From: Candidatus Marinacidobacterium sp.
GTDB lineage: Bacteria > Acidobacteriota > Vicinamibacteria > Marinacidobacterales > Marinacidobacteraceae
Length of the DNA: 64,000 nucleotides
NCBI GenBank assembly: GCA_965220965.1
Contig: OZ244852.1
Location: forward strand, 1,920,001 to 1,984,000
Direction: 5' to 3'
The translations under genes were made by a program, and so were the position numbers. Positions 36,802-45,686 of the stretch are shown here, piece after piece. Numbering within the stretch: position 1 is the first letter of the stretch; each line of letters starts with the position of its first letter. Below the pieces are notes generated by a model that saw only the letters and a program-made list of their open reading frames with translations, did no database searches and was not told the origin of the DNA.

Positions 36802-38826
36802 TTGAATTCCCTGCTCTGGCTCATCCCGGCTATCCCGGGAGTGGGCGCGGCCATCAATGGCCTGTTCGGGAAACGTCTGGGCAAGCGCGCCTCCGGCGCC
36901 ATCGCCTGCGGGGCCGTCGCGGCGTCGTTCGCGCTGGCGCTGGGTTACTTCGTGACCGTGTTCCTCGCGGAAGGGGGGTCCACGGCGCGGGTCGAGCAGT
37001 CGCTCTTCCCGTGGATCCCCAGCATGGGGGTCGAATGGGCCTACCGGCTGGACTCGCTCTCGATGCTCATGACCCTGGTGGTCACCGGCATCGGGCTCCT
37101 GATCCACATCTACTCGATCGGCTACATGAGCCACGACGAGGGGTTCAGCCGGTTCTTCGCCTACCTCAACCTGTTCACCTTCTTCATGCTGAACCTGGTG
37201 CTCGGGTCGAACATGCTGCTGATGTTCATCGGGTGGGAGGGCGTGGGCCTGTGCTCCTACCTGCTGATCGGGTTCTGGTTCGAACGGCCGGCTGCGGCGC
37301 AGGCCGGCAAGAAGGCCTTCGTGGTGAACCGGATCGGGGACGCCGGGTTCATCCTCGCCGTCATGCTCACCTTCGTGACGTTCGGGACGCTGGACTTCTA
37401 CGAGGTCATGGGCGCCATCCCGGGCGAGGTGAGCGTTGGCGTGCTGACCGCGATCGGCGTCCTGCTGTTCGTGGGGGCCGCGGGCAAGTCGGCCCAGATC
37501 CCGCTCTACGTCTGGCTCCCGGACGCGATGGAGGGGCCGACCCCGGTCTCCGCGCTGATCCACGCCGCCACCATGGTCACGGCGGGGGTCTACATGGTGG
37601 CCCGCTCCGGCGTCCTGTTCTCGCACGCGCCGGCGGCCATGGGCCTGGTGGCCGCGGTGGGGGCCGCCACCGCGCTGTTCGCGGCCACGATCGCGCTCTT
37701 CCAGAACGACATCAAGAAGGTCCTGGCCTATTCCACCGTCTCCCAACTGGGCTACATGTTCATCGGGGCGGGCGTCGGCGCCTTCGCGGCGGCGATCTTC
37801 CACCTGATGACCCATGCCTTCTTCAAGGCGTGTCTCTTCCTCGGGTCCGGCAGCGTGATCCACGCCATGGAGCACGCCGAGCACGCCTCCGGCGGCCACC
37901 GTCACTACACCGAGATGCAGGACATGCGGAACATGGGGGGCCTGAAGCGCTACATGCCCCGCACCGCGTGGACCTTCATGGTGGCCACCGCGGCGATCGC
38001 CGGCCTGCCCCCGCTCGCCGGCTTCTTCAGCAAGGACGAGATCCTCTGGAAGGCCACCCACGGCGGGCACGTGACGCTGCTGTGGACGGTGGGCGCTCTC
38101 GCTGCCGCGCTGACGGCGTTCTACATGACCCGGCAGGTCCTCATGACCTTCTGGGGAGACTTCCGCGGCGGCGCCGCGATGGAGTCGAAGCTCCACGAGT
38201 CGGTCCCCTCGATGACGCTCCCGCTGGTCGCGCTTGCCGCCGGTTCGGTGGTCGCCGGGTTCGTCGGCGTCCCGGCGGTTCTCGGCGGGTCGAACAGGAT
38301 CGAGCACTTCCTCGAGCCCGCGATCTACGCCGGCGGGCATCCGGCCACCGAAGCGGCCCACGGCTCCCACGCGGTGGAGCTCATGTTCATCGGGGTTTCG
38401 GTGGCGCTCGCGCTCGGCGGCATCTGGTTCGCCTGGCGCCGTTACCGGAACCAGCCCACCCGGGACGCCGCCCTCGCCGGCAACGGCGTCCACCGCCTGT
38501 TGAGCAACAAGTACTGGGTGGATGAGATCTACGACGCCACCGCGGTGCAGGGGACGCTCTCGGCCGGAAAGGGCTTCTACCGGTTCGACCAGCGCGTCGT
38601 GGACGGCGCGGTCAACGGAGCGGCGCGGGCCACCGTGGTCTCCGGAGACCTCTCGGACCTGAGCGACCGGAATCTGGTCGACCGGGCCGTGAATCTCGTC
38701 GCCGAAATCCTCGCCGCCGCCTCCGGCCGGTTCCGCCGCCTGCAGACCGGCCTCTTCCAGAACTACGCCCTGCTCATGCTGTTCGCCGTGGTCCTGCTCG
38801 CCGGGGCCCTGGTCCTGTGGAGCTGA
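36802..38826 (+). CDS. nuoL: NADH-quinone oxidoreductase subunit L with extended amphipathic helix
   Basis: GWEGVG.CSYLLIGFW, KKAFVVNRIGD, GKSAQIPLYVWLPDAMEGPTPVSALIHAATMV, HAFFKA, FSKDEI, NKYWVDEIY and RRLQTG..QNYA motifs. Confidence 0.96.
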   Translation: MNSLLWLIPAIPGVGAAINGLFGKRLGKRASGAIACGAVAASFALALGYFVTVFLAEGGSTARVEQSLFPWIPSMGVEWAYRLDSLSMLMTLVVTGIGLLIHIYSIGYMSHDEGFSRFFAYLNLFTFFMLNLVLGSNMLLMFIGWEGVGLCSYLLIGFWFERPAAAQAGKKAFVVNRIGDAGFILAVMLTFVTFGTLDFYEVMGAIPGEVSVGVLTAIGVLLFVGAAGKSAQIPLYVWLPDAMEGPTPVSALIHAATMVTAGVYMVARSGVLFSHAPAAMGLVAAVGAATALFAATIALFQNDIKKVLAYSTVSQLGYMFIGAGVGAFAAAIFHLMTHAFFKACLFLGSGSVIHAMEHAEHASGGHRHYTEMQDMRNMGGLKRYMPRTAWTFMVATAAIAGLPPLAGFFSKDEILWKATHGGHVTLLWTVGALAAALTAFYMTRQVLMTFWGDFRGGAAMESKLHESVPSMTLPLVALAAGSVVAGFVGVPAVLGGSNRIEHFLEPAIYAGGHPATEAAHGSHAVELMFIGVSVALALGGIWFAWRRYRNQPTRDAALAGNGVHRLLSNKYWVDEIYDATAVQGTLSAGKGFYRFDQRVVDGAVNGAARATVVSGDLSDLSDRNLVDRAVNLVAEILAAASGRFRRLQTGLFQNYALLMLFAVVLLAGALVLWS

Positions 38827-38873
38827 CCGCCATAAGGCCGCCTCCGCAGCCAACCCTGTCCCGGGACGCCTGA

Positions 38874-40535
38874 ATGTTCGAGAACAACCCCTTCGACTTC
38901 CCGATCCTGTCGCTGGTCGTCTTCTTTCCGGCGCTCGCGGCGCTGTTCATCCTCTTCTTCGTCAAGAAGACCGAGGTGGACCGGATTCGCTGGCTGGCCA
39001 ACATCGCGGCGTTCATCGGGTTCCTGATCTCGCTGCCGCTGTGGTTCGGCTTCGACGCCGCCGGGCCGCAGTTCCAGTTCGGGGAGCGCTACGCCTGGAT
39101 CCCGAGCATCGGGGTGGAATACAACATCGCCATCGACGGGATCAGCCTGCTGCTGATCCTCATGACGACGCTGCTGGGCTTCATCGCGATCCTCTCGTCC
39201 TGGAGCGCCGTCAACGAGCGGGTCAAGCAGTACTACGTCTTCCTGCTGCTGCTCCAGACGGGGATGCTGGGCGTCTTCGTGGCGCTCGACTTCTTCCTGT
39301 TCTACGTGTTCTGGGAAGTCATGCTGGTGCCGATGTACTTCCTCATCGGCGTCTGGGGCGGCGCCCGGAAGCTCTACGCCGCGATCAAGTTCTTCCTCTA
39401 CACCCTGGTCGGCAGCGTGCTCATGCTGCTCGGCATCCTGGCGCTCTATTTCGCCCACTACGGCGCGACCGGCGAGTACACCTTCGACCTGCTCCGGCTG
39501 ATGGAGACCTCCTACGCGTCCGGGCTCCAGTTCTGGGTGTTCCTCGCCTTCTTCGTCGGGTTCGCGATCAAGGTCCCGATGTTCCCGTTCCACACCTGGC
39601 TCCCTGACGCCCACGTCGAGGCGCCCACCGCCGGGTCGGTGATCCTGGCGGGCGTGCTGCTGAAGATGGGGACCTACGGGTTCGTCCGGTTCTCGATCCC
39701 CCTGCTTCCCGACGCCAGCCGCGATGCGGTCTGGTGGGTGGCCACCCTGGCGATCATCGGGATCATCTACGGCGCGCTGGTGGCGCTCGTCCAGAAGGAC
39801 TGGAAGAGCCTGGTGGCCTACAGCTCGGTGAGCCACCTCGGCTTCGTGATGCTGGGCATCTTCGCCCTCAACACGCTCGGCCTCGAGGGCGGCGTGCTCC
39901 AGATGATCAACCACGGTCTTTCGACCGGCGGCCTGTTCCTGCTGGTCGGGATCATGTACGAGCAGCGCCACACCCGCGAGATCGCGGCCTACGGCGGCAT
40001 CGCCAAGGTCGTGCCGAAGTACGCGGCGCTCTTCCTGATCATCGCGCTGGCCTCGATGGGCCTGCCGATGCTGAACGGCTTCATCGGCGAGTTCCTGATC
40101 CTCCAGGGCGTCTTCCAGGTGAACTGGATCTATGCGGCGTTCGCCGTCTCGGGGATCGTCCTCGGCGCCGCCTATCTCCTGTGGCTCTACCAGCGGCTCA
40201 TGTTCGGCAAGCTGGACCGCGAGGAGAACCGGACGCTCAGGGACCTGACGAGCCGCGAGAACGCCACGCTGGTCCCGATCGTCGCGCTCTGCATTTTCAT
40301 CGGCGTCTATCCGAAGCCCTTCCTCGACACGCTCCAGGTGCCGGTCCAGGCCATCGTGGAGCGGGTCCAGCCGGAGTCCGGCGCCTCCGCTTCCGCCTCG
40401 CCCGAAGCGCTTCCCGAGGTTGCCGAGGTGAGCGCCGCGCAGCTGGCCGAAGCCGACGACGACGCTTCCCTGGAAGGCTCCGAAGAGGCCGGGACCGAGC
40501 GCGGGCAGCAGGACACCCGTCCGGGCGACGACTGA
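38874..40535 (+). CDS. nuoM: NADH-quinone oxidoreductase subunit M
   Basis: IDGISL, FYVFWEVML.PMY, AIKVPMFPFHTWLPDAHVEAPTAGS, LLKMGTYG, AYSSVSH and GFIGEF motifs. Confidence 0.96.
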   Translation: MFENNPFDFPILSLVVFFPALAALFILFFVKKTEVDRIRWLANIAAFIGFLISLPLWFGFDAAGPQFQFGERYAWIPSIGVEYNIAIDGISLLLILMTTLLGFIAILSSWSAVNERVKQYYVFLLLLQTGMLGVFVALDFFLFYVFWEVMLVPMYFLIGVWGGARKLYAAIKFFLYTLVGSVLMLLGILALYFAHYGATGEYTFDLLRLMETSYASGLQFWVFLAFFVGFAIKVPMFPFHTWLPDAHVEAPTAGSVILAGVLLKMGTYGFVRFSIPLLPDASRDAVWWVATLAIIGIIYGALVALVQKDWKSLVAYSSVSHLGFVMLGIFALNTLGLEGGVLQMINHGLSTGGLFLLVGIMYEQRHTREIAAYGGIAKVVPKYAALFLIIALASMGLPMLNGFIGEFLILQGVFQVNWIYAAFAVSGIVLGAAYLLWLYQRLMFGKLDREENRTLRDLTSRENATLVPIVALCIFIGVYPKPFLDTLQVPVQAIVERVQPESGASASASPEALPEVAEVSAAQLAEADDDASLEGSEEAGTERGQQDTRPGDD

Positions 40536-40569
40536 GTCTCGCCCGGACGGCGGCCCCGCCGGCGGAACG

Positions 40570-40851
40570 GTGAACGGGCGGCCGCCCCCGGTCGCGCCGC
40601 GCGCGCGGCTCATGGACCTGCTGAGTCTGGGGTTCTCGGTTCCCATCGCCGTCGTGGGAGGAGGCGCCGCCGGATGGATGCTGGACCGCTGGCTGGGAAC
40701 CCGGCCCTGGCTCTTTCTCGTCTTCCTGGTGTTCGGGATCGTCGCCGGGCTGCGCAACGTCATCCAGGCCGCGACTCGTTCCGGCGGCGAGCTCGACGAG
40801 AAGGGGACTCCCGGATCTCACAGCCGCGACCGGACGGACAGCGCCGGCTAA
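40570..40851 (+). CDS. AtpZ/AtpI-family (ATPase gene 1) protein
   Basis: G..LDRWLGT.PW...FL..GIVAG.RN motif; alternative ATG at 40612. Confidence 0.85.
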   Translation: MNGRPPPVAPRARLMDLLSLGFSVPIAVVGGGAAGWMLDRWLGTRPWLFLVFLVFGIVAGLRNVIQAATRSGGELDEKGTPGSHSRDRTDSAG

Positions 40852-40866
40852 CAGCCTCTTGCCCCG

Positions 40867-41391
40867 ATGAGCGACGCCGCCGCCGGAGCGCCCAGCGAAC
40901 GCGAGCGCATCGTCATCCGGCGCGCCACCGCGTTCGGGATCGCGGCGGGGCTCATCGCGCTCTCCTTCGGCCCCCGCATCGGGCTTTCCGTGCTCGCCGG
41001 AGCGGGCGTCACGATCGCCAACCTGTTGCTGCTCCGGCGGGTGGTCGCCGGGCTGAACGCGGCCCTGAGCGCCCGGGCGGCGGTGGCCGCCGCTCTTCTC
41101 ACCGCACTTCGGTATCTCTTGCTCGCGGCGGTTCTCGCGGCCATAATTTCCCTCGGAGACGCCGATCCCATCGGCGTCCTCTGCGGATTGGGCGCCCCGC
41201 TGCTGGCCGTCCTCCTCGAAGCCGGCAACGCCGGCTTCAACGCCTTCCGCAGCCCGCCCCCCGCTTCGGACTCTTCGTCGTCTGACGAGTCTGCGAGAGG
41301 CTCCACGAACCCCCCGTCCGGACCGGGTTCCGGACAGCCATCACAGCGCTCTCCCGGATCGCGCCAGCGGAACCGACCGGACAGCGCCTGA
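40867..41391 (+). CDS. ATP synthase subunit I-like membrane protein
   Basis: Four hydrophobic helices with G....IAN..LL and LRYLL; lies between the atpZ-like gene and atpB. Confidence 0.75.
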   Translation: MSDAAAGAPSERERIVIRRATAFGIAAGLIALSFGPRIGLSVLAGAGVTIANLLLLRRVVAGLNAALSARAAVAAALLTALRYLLLAAVLAAIISLGDADPIGVLCGLGAPLLAVLLEAGNAGFNAFRSPPPASDSSSSDESARGSTNPPSGPGSGQPSQRSPGSRQRNRPDSA

Positions 41392-41418
41392 TCCCGACCC
41401 CCAACCCGCTCGCCCCGC

Positions 41419-42108
41419 ATGGAAATCCACCACTACTCGTTCCTCACCCACTGGATCGAGGCGTGGTTCCACGTTCACCCGCCGGACCACATCGTCATGG
41501 CGGTGTTCGTGGCGCTCGTCCTGTCCGGCTTCGCGGTCTGGTTCCGTCGCCGCATCTCGGTCGACTCCCCCGGGCGTCTCCAGCTCGTGCTCGAGGGCCT
41601 GGTGGGAGGATTGCTGGGGCTGCTTCGCGACAACGTCGGCGCCCGGGGACGTCCGTTCCTGGGGCTCGTCGGGACCCTGGCGCTGTTCATCTGGGTGAGC
41701 AACCTGTTCGGGCTGGTGCCCTGGTTCAGTTCGCCCACGGTGAGCATCAACATGCCGGTGGGGTGCGCCGTGGTGGCGTTCCTCTACTACAACTGGCAGG
41801 GCATCCGGGCGCACGGGGCGCGGAAGTACTTCGCGCACTTCCTGGGACCGAACCCCTTCCTCGCGATCGTCATGCTGCCGGTCGAGATCATCAGCCACAT
41901 CAGCCGCGTCCTGTCGCTGTCGGTGCGGCTGTTCGGGAACATCTTCGGCGAAGAACTCGTGGTCGTCGTCCTCGCGTTCCTCGTCCCGTTCATCGTGCCG
42001 ATCCCGATGATGGCCTTCGGGGTCTTCGGGAGCACGCTGCAGGCCTTCGTGTTCACCATGCTGACAGTGATCTACCTCGGCGGCGCGGTCGCCGCAGAGG
42101 AGCACTGA
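41419..42108 (+). CDS. atpB: ATP synthase Fo subunit a
   Basis: PGRLQLVLE, NLFGLVP, SPT, EIISH.SR.LSLSVRLFGNI.GE and LQAFVFTML..IY motifs. Confidence 0.96.
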   Translation: MEIHHYSFLTHWIEAWFHVHPPDHIVMAVFVALVLSGFAVWFRRRISVDSPGRLQLVLEGLVGGLLGLLRDNVGARGRPFLGLVGTLALFIWVSNLFGLVPWFSSPTVSINMPVGCAVVAFLYYNWQGIRAHGARKYFAHFLGPNPFLAIVMLPVEIISHISRVLSLSVRLFGNIFGEELVVVVLAFLVPFIVPIPMMAFGVFGSTLQAFVFTMLTVIYLGGAVAAEEH

Positions 42109-42192
42109 CTTCCTGACGCCGGCCCGCCGGGCCGCTCCGATCCGGCGACGAACGCCGCGACGGACACCACTTCACCCAAGGAGAAACACACC

Positions 42193-42516
42193 GTGTCGAA
42201 CCGACCCCGGACCATCCTGCTGGCCGGCCTCGCTCTTCTCGCCGCCTCGCCCGCCTTCGCCCAGGCGGCGTGGGACCCCGTCGTCAGCAAGTGGGCGCTG
42301 ATCTCGGGCGCCGGGGCCATCGCCATCGCCGCCGCCCTCGGAGCGCTGGCCCAGGGCAAGGCGGTCGTGGGCGCCTGCGAGGGCCTCGCCCGCAACCCCG
42401 GCGCGGCGCCGCAGATCCGGTTCTCGCTGCTGCTGGGCCTCGTGCTGATCGAGTCGCTCGTCATCTACTCGTTCGTGACGGCGCTCATCATCTTCTTCGT
42501 TCTCTGGAACGGCTGA
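42193..42516 (+). CDS. atpE: ATP synthase Fo subunit c with N-terminal signal-like extension
   Basis: GALAQG, ARNPGA, LGLVLIESLVIY; RBS AGGAG. Confidence 0.95.
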   Translation: MSNRPRTILLAGLALLAASPAFAQAAWDPVVSKWALISGAGAIAIAAALGALAQGKAVVGACEGLARNPGAAPQIRFSLLLGLVLIESLVIYSFVTALIIFFVLWNG

Positions 42517-42540
42517 TCCAGCGAGTCCATCGTCTCCCCC

Positions 42541-42567
42541 GTCCCGCCGGCCTCGCGCCGGCGGGGC
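42541..42567 (+). terminator. GC-rich hairpin downstream of atpE
   Basis: gtcccgccggc-ctcgc-gccggcggggc; no U-tract. Confidence 0.35.
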
Positions 42568-42580
42568 GTCGGGAACTTCG

Positions 42581-43651
42581 TTGATTCGTCCCTTCCGCTG
42601 GGACCGGGCGGCGCGATCGCTCGCGCTGCTCGACCAGCGTCGCCTCCCGCATGAGGAGGTCTGGGTCGACTGCGGCGATCCGGCGGCCGTCGCCGACGCC
42701 ATCCGGTCGATGGTGGTGCGCGGAGCGCCGGCGATCGGCGTCGCCGCCGGCTACGGCGTGGTCACCGCGTTCGCCCGGCCCCTGCCCGGCGAGAGCCCGG
42801 AAGCGTGCTTCGAGCGGGCGCACGGCGCGCTCGAGGCGGCGCGCCCCACCGCGGCCAACCTGCGGGCGGCGCTCGACCGCATGCGGGTCCGGCTCGACGC
42901 CCTCGGAGCCCGAGCCATCGCCGACTGCCTCGAGCCGCTCGAAGACGAGGCGAACCGGATCGCGGAGGAGGACCTCGCCGCCAACCGCCGGCTGGGATCG
43001 CTGGGCGCCGGGCTGGTGGGAGGGGGCCGGGGCGCCGCGCGCATCCTCACCCACTGCAACACCGGATCGCTGGCCACGTCGGGCTACGGCACCGCGCTCG
43101 GCGTCGTGCGGGCGGTGGCCGCATCGGGGCGGCCCGTCGAGGTCTTCGCTCCGGAGACCCGTCCCTGGCTGCAGGGCGCCCGGCTCACCGCCTGGGAGCT
43201 GATCGCGGACCGGCTCCCGGTGACTCTCCTCACCGAGGGGGCCGTCGGCTCGCTGGTCGCTTCCGGCCGGCTGGACGCCGTCATCGTGGGCGCCGACCGC
43301 ATCGCCGCCAACGGGGACGCGGCCAACAAGATCGGGACCTACAACGCCGCCGTCCTGGCGGACCGCCACCGGGTCCCCTTCTTCGTGGCGGCGCCCTTCT
43401 CCACGGTCGACCTCGAGACCCCCACCGGAGCGGAGATCCCGATCGAGGAGCGCTCCGGCGACGAAGTCACCTCATTCCGGGGGACTCCGGTGGCCCCCGA
43501 GGGCGTCCGGGTGTGGAACCCGGCCTTCGACATCACCCCGGCGAAGCTGATCACCGCGATCATCACCGAGCGCGGGGTGGCCCGCCCCCCCTACGGACCG
43601 GCGCTCTCCCGGCTGCGATCTTCGGAAGCGGATCCGGCCGGAGGCCGATGA
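42581..43651 (+). CDS. mtnA: S-methyl-5-thioribose-1-phosphate isomerase
   Basis: LLDQRRLP, MVVRGAPAIG, RPTAANL, LTHCNTGSLAT.GYGTALG, ETRP.LQGARLTAWEL, GADRIAANGD.ANKIGTY and NPAFDITP motifs. Confidence 0.96.
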   Translation: MIRPFRWDRAARSLALLDQRRLPHEEVWVDCGDPAAVADAIRSMVVRGAPAIGVAAGYGVVTAFARPLPGESPEACFERAHGALEAARPTAANLRAALDRMRVRLDALGARAIADCLEPLEDEANRIAEEDLAANRRLGSLGAGLVGGGRGAARILTHCNTGSLATSGYGTALGVVRAVAASGRPVEVFAPETRPWLQGARLTAWELIADRLPVTLLTEGAVGSLVASGRLDAVIVGADRIAANGDAANKIGTYNAAVLADRHRVPFFVAAPFSTVDLETPTGAEIPIEERSGDEVTSFRGTPVAPEGVRVWNPAFDITPAKLITAIITERGVARPPYGPALSRLRSSEADPAGGR

Positions 43652-43657
43652 TAAAAT
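43649..43657 (+). promoter_or_regulatory. Putative extended -10 promoter (TGnTAAAAT) for the oxidoreductase genes
   Basis: TGATAAAAT overlapping the mtnA stop codon. Confidence 0.45.
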
Positions 43658-43846
43658 TCCGGGTCCGGCGTCGCGCGGCCGATCCCTCCGGAACTCCGGC
43701 GCGCGTCCTCTTCCGAGCGCCCGGTTCCAGACCGTTCGCGGATCCCCTTCGGAGCGGAATTCCAGGGGAAACCACCGCTCCCCGACTTCGCTGACTTCGA
43801 GGACGCCCGCCGGGGCGATCCCCGGGCCGCCTTCTCCCCCACTTCC

Positions 43847-45643
43847 ATGACCCAAGGCTTCGACTTCACCATCGCCATCGGAGGCGCCGCCGGGCAGGGC
43901 ATCGCCACGCCCGGCAACATCCTCGCCCGCACGTTCGTTCGTCGCGGCCTCCACCTGAACGCCTACAACGCCTATCAGTCCATCATCCGCGGCGGCCACA
44001 TCCTGCTCACGATGCGGATCCGCGACCGGGAGGCGCTCTCCCACGGAGATGGCCTGGACCTGCTGCTGTGCCTCAACCAGGACACGATGACGCGCCATCT
44101 GAGGCACCTGGGACCGGGCGCCTGCGCCATCTACAACTCCGACTCGGTCACCCCCGGCGAGGCGGCCGAAGGGGTCCAGCTCTGCGGCATGCCGGTCCAG
44201 GAGCTCACCGGGGACAACAAGAACCGGCTGGCGCAGAACACCGCGGCGCTGGGGGTCATGGTCCACCTCTTCGGCGTCGAGTTCGAGGTCCTGGAGTCCG
44301 CGCTGAAGCTGCAGTTCGGGCGGAAGGGCGAGGACGTCGTCTCCTCGAACGTGACGGTCGCGCGCGCCGCTTATGACTACTCCCGGGAGCACTTCACCCC
44401 GTTCCCGACGCCGCTGCCGAACAACCACGAGGAGCCCCTCGCGGTGTGGACCGGCAACGATGCGCTCGCGATGGGGGGCGCCGCCGCCGGCGTGAAGTTC
44501 TACTGCGCCTACCCCATGAGCCCCTCGACCGGGGTCCTCCACTGGATGGCGAAGAACGCCCGCGAACTCGGGATCATGGTCCGGCAGGTCGAGGACGAGA
44601 TCGGCGTCGCCAACATGGCGATCGGCGCCGCCCACACCGGAGTGCGCGCCATGTGCGCCACCTCCGGCGGCGGGTTCGCCCTGATGACGGAAGCGGTGGG
44701 TTCCGCCGCCATGATGGAGATCCCCGTCGTGTTCATCAACGTGATGCGGGCGGGTCCCTCCACCGGCGTTCCCACGAAGACCGAACAGGGCGACCTCTGG
44801 CAGGCGCTCGGCGCCAGCCAGGGAGACTTCGAGCGCTTCCTCGTCGCGCCGCAGAGCGCCGAGGACGCCTTCCACACGATCGGCGAGGTGTTCAACCTGG
44901 CGGACCGCTACCAGTGTCCCGCGATCGTGCTCTCCGACCTGCTCATCTCCGAGGGGACGTTCAGCGTTCCGCCGAAGTCTCTCGAGATGTTCCCGCCGAT
45001 CGAGCGCGGCAAGCTGATCCAGGACGCTGACGGAAACGGCGCGAACGGGACCTACAACCGGTACCTCGACACCGAGGACGGCGTCTCGCCCCGCGCGGTG
45101 CCCGGCGTGCCCGGCCACGTCCACGTCGTCGCCACCGACGAGCACGACGAGGAGGGGATCCTGATCTCGGACGAGTTCACGAACCCGATCAAGCGCCGAC
45201 AGATGGTGGAGAAGCGCGCCCGGAAGCTCCAGGACGTCCTGACGAGGGTTCCCCCGCCGGAGCTCGAGGGCGACGAGGACGCCGAGGTGACCCTGGTGGG
45301 CTGGGGGTCCACCTGGGGCGTCATCGGCGAGGCGCTCGAACAGCTCGCCGACCGCGGAGTCCGGGCCAACCGGATCGCGGTGAAGTGGATCCTCCCCTTC
45401 CACGCCGAGGCGATGACCTCGCTGCTTTCCGGCGCGAAGAAGACGATCCTGGTCGAGAACAACCACTCGGGCCAGTTCGCCCGCTTCCTCCGGAGCGAAA
45501 CCGGATTCGTCCCCGACGGGCACATCCGGAAGTACGACGGCGAGCCCTTCATGCCGCATCACATCGTGGACGGCGTGCTCGCCCACCAGGCCGGATCGGT
45601 CCCGGGCGGAGTCTTCGTGCCCGACCAGGAAATCATCGTCTGA
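43847..45643 (+). CDS. 2-oxoacid:ferredoxin oxidoreductase alpha subunit (gamma-alpha fusion)
   Basis: GGAAGQGI, IRGGH, TGNDA, AYPMSPST, EDEI, ATSGGGFALMTE and RAGPSTGVPTKTEQGD motifs. Confidence 0.94.
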   Translation: MTQGFDFTIAIGGAAGQGIATPGNILARTFVRRGLHLNAYNAYQSIIRGGHILLTMRIRDREALSHGDGLDLLLCLNQDTMTRHLRHLGPGACAIYNSDSVTPGEAAEGVQLCGMPVQELTGDNKNRLAQNTAALGVMVHLFGVEFEVLESALKLQFGRKGEDVVSSNVTVARAAYDYSREHFTPFPTPLPNNHEEPLAVWTGNDALAMGGAAAGVKFYCAYPMSPSTGVLHWMAKNARELGIMVRQVEDEIGVANMAIGAAHTGVRAMCATSGGGFALMTEAVGSAAMMEIPVVFINVMRAGPSTGVPTKTEQGDLWQALGASQGDFERFLVAPQSAEDAFHTIGEVFNLADRYQCPAIVLSDLLISEGTFSVPPKSLEMFPPIERGKLIQDADGNGANGTYNRYLDTEDGVSPRAVPGVPGHVHVVATDEHDEEGILISDEFTNPIKRRQMVEKRARKLQDVLTRVPPPELEGDEDAEVTLVGWGSTWGVIGEALEQLADRGVRANRIAVKWILPFHAEAMTSLLSGAKKTILVENNHSGQFARFLRSETGFVPDGHIRKYDGEPFMPHHIVDGVLAHQAGSVPGGVFVPDQEIIV

Positions 45644-45686
45644 CCGGTTTTCCCCCGCCGCGCCACACACTCTCACAGGAGAATCC

